From Candidatus Zixiibacteriota bacterium (GTDB lineage: Bacteria; Zixibacteria; MSB-5A5; CAIYYT01): a stretch of 11,596 nt of DNA. Below the pieces are notes generated by a model. That model saw nothing but the letters and a program-made list of their open reading frames with translations. It did not search any database and had not been told where the DNA came from. Below are positions 8,328 to 11,596 of the stretch, in pieces (the first letter of the stretch is position 1; each line of letters opens with the position of its first letter). Made by a program: the position numbers and the translations under genes. The stretch is taken from positions 1 through 11,596 of the forward strand of contig JBECKX010000178.1 in the NCBI GenBank assembly GCA_040235515.1. The letters run 5' to 3'.

Positions 8328-9788
8328 ATGCGTAAGCTTTTTCAGCCGATCCAGATCATACTGACGTCACAGGCGCTGATCAGTATGATATTCGTCTTCA
8401 ATCGGATCATCGATGCCGACGAAGGATTCTATCTGGCTGCTGCCCAGCGCGTGGCCGATGGAATGCTGCCGTACCATGACTTCTTCTTCCCGCAGATGCC
8501 GCTGCTGCCCTTTACATTCTTCGGGCTCTCAGGCTGGGGGATTAACTCGCTGTTGGTGTTACGAATCATCGCCGCGGTGGCAGGCATTCTGACCACCTAT
8601 ACGATGTTTCGTATCGTGGCGGACAACCTGAAGAATCTCAAGCTCGCCAACATCGCGGCATTCCTGGTGGCGTTCTCCGGATTGTCGCTCAACTGGCATA
8701 CCACTTTCAAACCGTATGCGTTTGTCGACCTGTTCCTGCTGGCTTCTTTCGGGTTGCTGCTCAAGGCGCGCTCGGAAGATAGTCGTTTTGAGTGGAGCGT
8801 ATTCGCATCGATGCTCGCCCTCGGACTGGCAATTAACTTCCGCTCGATATTCGCGGTCCTGATTCCGGTCTACGGCTATTTCTTTTTCACGGCGCTGCCT
8901 CGTCATGGCGCAACCGTCGGCAAGACGACCCTCTTCGCGCTGGCGGGATTGATGATTCCGTCACTCCCCGCGCTCTATCTGGTTGCCTCAGGCTTTGACC
9001 AGTTCTGGTTCAACAATCTGATCTTCCATCTCCACCGGGAGCCGATTTCACCGTTCAGCGCGTTGATCATTCACAAGCTGGAGAATGTGGCCAAATTCCT
9101 GATTCTGCCTCAGACGGTGCTACTGCTGGGGATGGTGCTGGCATCGATCTACTTTCTGCGGAGCAAACTTGTCAGCCAGGCTGACATCTACCGTCCCGCG
9201 ACTGCAGTCGCGCTGGTGATCTTCGCCGTATACACTATTCCGACTCCGACGCACCTGCAATATTTCCAGCAGACGCTGCCATACCTGATCATCCTGGCGC
9301 TGCCGACCGCAGAGTTCTTCCGGCGCTATGACTCAAGCAAACTGATCACTGCATCGGCGGGTCTGATCTATCTCGTCGGGATTTTCCCGTTCGTTTATCT
9401 CTTTATGGTCTCGCCGAGGGAACAGGACCTGCGGACGACCTGGCCGCACATTGAAAGTGTGATTTCTCGGATCGAGGAGGAGACGTTTCCATCCGATACC
9501 CTGCTCACCGAATGGGCGGGATATGGCGCCCTCTCCGGTCGGAAGCAATTGCCGGGGAGTGAACATGTCGGATTCTATTTTCCGTTGGAGGTGGACCGAC
9601 AGGTGTATCGAGATAATCATCTCCTGACAAACAGCGACATCGTGACGGCGCTTGATGAGCGTCGCCCGAGAATGGTAGTAATAGATTATCAGATTTATCC
9701 CGAGTGGGAACCGTCACTCAAAGCAAACTATAACTTGATAGAGAAGACCGGGGATACGTTCCTGTATAAACGAAATGAAGCACTTTAG
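8328..9788 (+). CDS. GT-C fold integral membrane glycosyltransferase (ArnT / PMT-like, GT83/GT39-type)
   Basis: After the first TM comes the catalytic-type DE motif in IIDADEGFYLAAAQRVADGMLPYHDFFFPQMPL, then about 11-13 TM helices and a soluble C-terminal domain (..RPRMVVID..LKANYNL). The start is uncertain (GTG 8292, GTG 8319 or ATG 8328). Confidence 0.8.
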   Translation: MRKLFQPIQIILTSQALISMIFVFNRIIDADEGFYLAAAQRVADGMLPYHDFFFPQMPLLPFTFFGLSGWGINSLLVLRIIAAVAGILTTYTMFRIVADNLKNLKLANIAAFLVAFSGLSLNWHTTFKPYAFVDLFLLASFGLLLKARSEDSRFEWSVFASMLALGLAINFRSIFAVLIPVYGYFFFTALPRHGATVGKTTLFALAGLMIPSLPALYLVASGFDQFWFNNLIFHLHREPISPFSALIIHKLENVAKFLILPQTVLLLGMVLASIYFLRSKLVSQADIYRPATAVALVIFAVYTIPTPTHLQYFQQTLPYLIILALPTAEFFRRYDSSKLITASAGLIYLVGIFPFVYLFMVSPREQDLRTTWPHIESVISRIEEETFPSDTLLTEWAGYGALSGRKQLPGSEHVGFYFPLEVDRQVYRDNHLLTNSDIVTALDERRPRMVVIDYQIYPEWEPSLKANYNLIEKTGDTFLYKRNEAL

Positions 9789-10788
9789 CCTTACCATACG
9801 ACATTCGATCTGCGCGGCAGTTGCAACCGCGCTTTTGCTGCTGGGCCTGACCGCATCCGCTCAACAGGATCGGATCTCGGTCGAGTCGAAGCTCGACAAA
9901 CAGTCTGTGACGATTGGCGATCGGGTCAAGTACACGGTGATCATCACCGCTGACACAACGTTGATTGTCGATTCACTGGCGGTTGGCTCGAACCTCGGCG
10001 CATTCGAGATCAAGGACTATACTCCCCGCGAGAGCCAGATAGTCGATGGTCTGCATGTTTACAAAGAGTCGTATGACATCACGACTTTCACCACCGGTGA
10101 CTATGAGATACCATCCCTGACGATCACCTACCGAAATGCTGCAGGCGAAGAGAAGTCAATCAAGACTGACCCGCTGCAGCTGACGGTAAAGTCGCTCCTG
10201 ACGGGAGAAGAGGGGGAGGATATCAGGCCGCTCAGGGGGCCGGTTGAGATCGAGTCGCCCTTCCCGATCTGGCTGGTGCTTGGTGGAGTCGCGCTTCTGG
10301 CTGCCGCGGTTGTCTTCTTCATCCTCTATCGTCGCGCGAAGGCTCCGATCGATCTTGGCCGCGAGCCGGTCGACACGCGGCTGCCGTGGGAGGTCGCGCT
10401 CGCTGAGCTGGAGGGGTTGAAGCGCTCGGAGCTACTGGAGCACGGCAAATTCCGCGAGTTCTATTTCAGAGTATCAGAGATCTTTCGGGGCTATCTTGAG
10501 CGACGCTATGGAATCGCCGCGCTGGAGCGCACTTCTTTCGAGATCATCAACGAGTTCCGCGCCCTGTCATTGGAGTCGCAGGAAGAAAAATATATTCAGA
10601 AATTGCTGGATGAAAGTGACCTGGTGAAGTTCGCCAAGTTTCCGCCGACAACCGATGGCGCACTGGCACACTTCGAAGAGACCAAACAATTCGTAATGAA
10701 CACACGATCACTGCCATTCACTTCGCAGCCGAACGGAAAGCAGGCCGGGCACCAGGCGATGGCGGAATCACGAGAGGCGACACAATAA
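9775..10788 (+). CDS. BatD-like Ig-fold + TM + cytoplasmic domain protein (conserved hypothetical normally found between DUF58 and batA)
   Basis: Signal peptide ending ASA|QQ. Beta-sandwich domain (SVESKLDKQSVTIGDRVKYTV..ITTFTTGDYEIPSLTI..TDPLQLTVKS), DIRPLRGP linker, TM IWLVLGGVALLAAAVVFFILYRR. Cytoplasmic PWEVALAELEGL..FYFRVSEIFRGYLERRYGIAALERTSFE..SDLVKFAK. Overlaps the upstream gene by 14 nt. Confidence 0.8.
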   Translation: MKHFSLTIRHSICAAVATALLLLGLTASAQQDRISVESKLDKQSVTIGDRVKYTVIITADTTLIVDSLAVGSNLGAFEIKDYTPRESQIVDGLHVYKESYDITTFTTGDYEIPSLTITYRNAAGEEKSIKTDPLQLTVKSLLTGEEGEDIRPLRGPVEIESPFPIWLVLGGVALLAAAVVFFILYRRAKAPIDLGREPVDTRLPWEVALAELEGLKRSELLEHGKFREFYFRVSEIFRGYLERRYGIAALERTSFEIINEFRALSLESQEEKYIQKLLDESDLVKFAKFPPTTDGALAHFEETKQFVMNTRSLPFTSQPNGKQAGHQAMAESREATQ

Positions 10789-10789
10789 A

Positions 10790-11596
10790 ATGCTGCAGTT
10801 TGCTTCCCCGCATTTTCTCTGGCTTCTGCTGCTCGTGCCCGTTGTGGCGTATTATCTCTTCCGCACTCGACGCGAAGCCGCGATTCGATTCTCCGACGTT
10901 ACACTTTTGCGCGGTCTGAAACGCTCTACCCGCGCCAGAAACAGGAAAATCGTGCTCAATCTGCTGCGTCTGGTCGCGCTCGTTCTGCTGATCGTGGCGA
11001 TGGCCAGACCGCAATCGAGCAAGAGGATGACCGAAGTCAGTTCCGAGGGAATCGATATCATGCTGGCGCTCGATATCTCGGGGAGTATGCGTGCCGAAGA
11101 TTTTAAGCCGCAGAATCGTCTGGTAGCCGCCAAGGAAGTAATCGAGAGCTTCGTCAGTGGCCGCAAGAACGACAGGATCGGTCTGGTCGTCTTCGCCAAG
11201 CAGGCATTCACACAATGTCCCCTGACACTCGATTATAGCGTTTTGATCAATTTCCTCGACCAGGTCGATTTCGGCATGATCGAGGATGGCACCGCTATCG
11301 GCATGGGCATCGCCAACGCGGTCAATCGTCTGCGCGATTCGGAGGCGAAATCACGCATCGTGATCCTCCTCACCGATGGCAATAACAACTCGGGTGAGAT
11401 CGACCCGTTGACCGCCGCCGAGATAGCCAAAACCCTCGGTATCCGTATCTATACAATCGGCGCCGGTCGACCCGGAAAGGCGCTGATACCGATCGATGAT
11501 CCGGTTTTTGGCCGTCGTTACCGCCAGATCGAGAGCCAGCTCAATGAAGAGGAGCTGACCAAGGTGGCTGAGCTGACCGGTGGAGAATACTTTCGT
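10790..11596 (+). CDS. batA: BatA-type VWA domain membrane protein (aerotolerance regulator), 3'-truncated
   Basis: Absent from the ORF track because it has no stop in the window. Manual translation from ATG 10790 gives MLQFASPHFLWLLLLVPVVAYYLFR..(BatA N-terminal double TM)..LLIVAMARPQ..EGIDIMLALDISGSMRAEDFKPQNRLVAAK..DRIGLVVFA..PLTLDY..DGTAIGMGIANAVNRLRDSEAKSRIVILLTDGNNNSGEIDPLTAAEIA..IYTIGAG..TGGEYFR. The MIDAS site is complete (DxSxS, T, D) and the frame is open to the window end. Confidence 0.93.
   Translation, partial: MLQFASPHFLWLLLLVPVVAYYLFRTRREAAIRFSDVTLLRGLKRSTRARNRKIVLNLLRLVALVLLIVAMARPQSSKRMTEVSSEGIDIMLALDISGSMRAEDFKPQNRLVAAKEVIESFVSGRKNDRIGLVVFAKQAFTQCPLTLDYSVLINFLDQVDFGMIEDGTAIGMGIANAVNRLRDSEAKSRIVILLTDGNNNSGEIDPLTAAEIAKTLGIRIYTIGAGRPGKALIPIDDPVFGRRYRQIESQLNEEELTKVAELTGGEYFR

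Noticed and set aside
8287..9790. GT-C gene as a recent mobile insertion
   Set aside because: No terminal repeats, target duplication, transposase or obvious compositional shift are visible, and it overlaps the downstream gene.
10718..11430. Minus-strand ORFs 10718-11215, 10852-11211 and 11233-11430
   Set aside because: They are shadows of the + strand batA gene.
1..11596. CRISPR arrays, tRNA/rRNA, riboswitches, IS elements, Rho-independent terminators
   Set aside because: The window is almost entirely coding. The short gaps show no spaced repeats, cloverleafs or GC hairpin + U-tract structures.

Overview
This window is a single dense block of nine co-oriented (+ strand) genes from a moderately GC-rich diderm bacterium. 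Gene content suggests the FCB superphylum, possibly a non-Bacteroidia lineage such as Zixibacteria, but that is inference only. Block 1 (1-5428) has three genes joined by 4-nt stop/start overlaps: a 5'-truncated ~1000-aa putative outer-membrane beta-barrel protein, an Omp85 (BamA/TamA-family) POTRA-barrel protein, and a UbiA-family prenyltransferase with DGGGP-synthase-like motifs. After an AT-rich spacer of about 94 bp, block 2 (5523 to the window end) is a Bat (Bacteroides aerotolerance)-type MoxR/VWA operon. It contains a BatD-like Ig/TM protein, a MoxR AAA+ ATPase, DUF58, an inserted GT-C (ArnT/PMT-like) membrane glycosyltransferase, a second BatD-like Ig/TM paralog, and a 3'-truncated BatA VWA protein that the ORF track misses. 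I found no RNA genes, mobile elements, CRISPR arrays or clear terminators. The most unusual points are the GT-C gene inside the Bat operon, the duplicated BatD-like membrane protein, the giant barrel with a SprA-like motif coupled to an Omp85, and the archaeal-type lipid prenyltransferase at the end of that unit. Together they may form an envelope-biogenesis system, which is a hypothesis.
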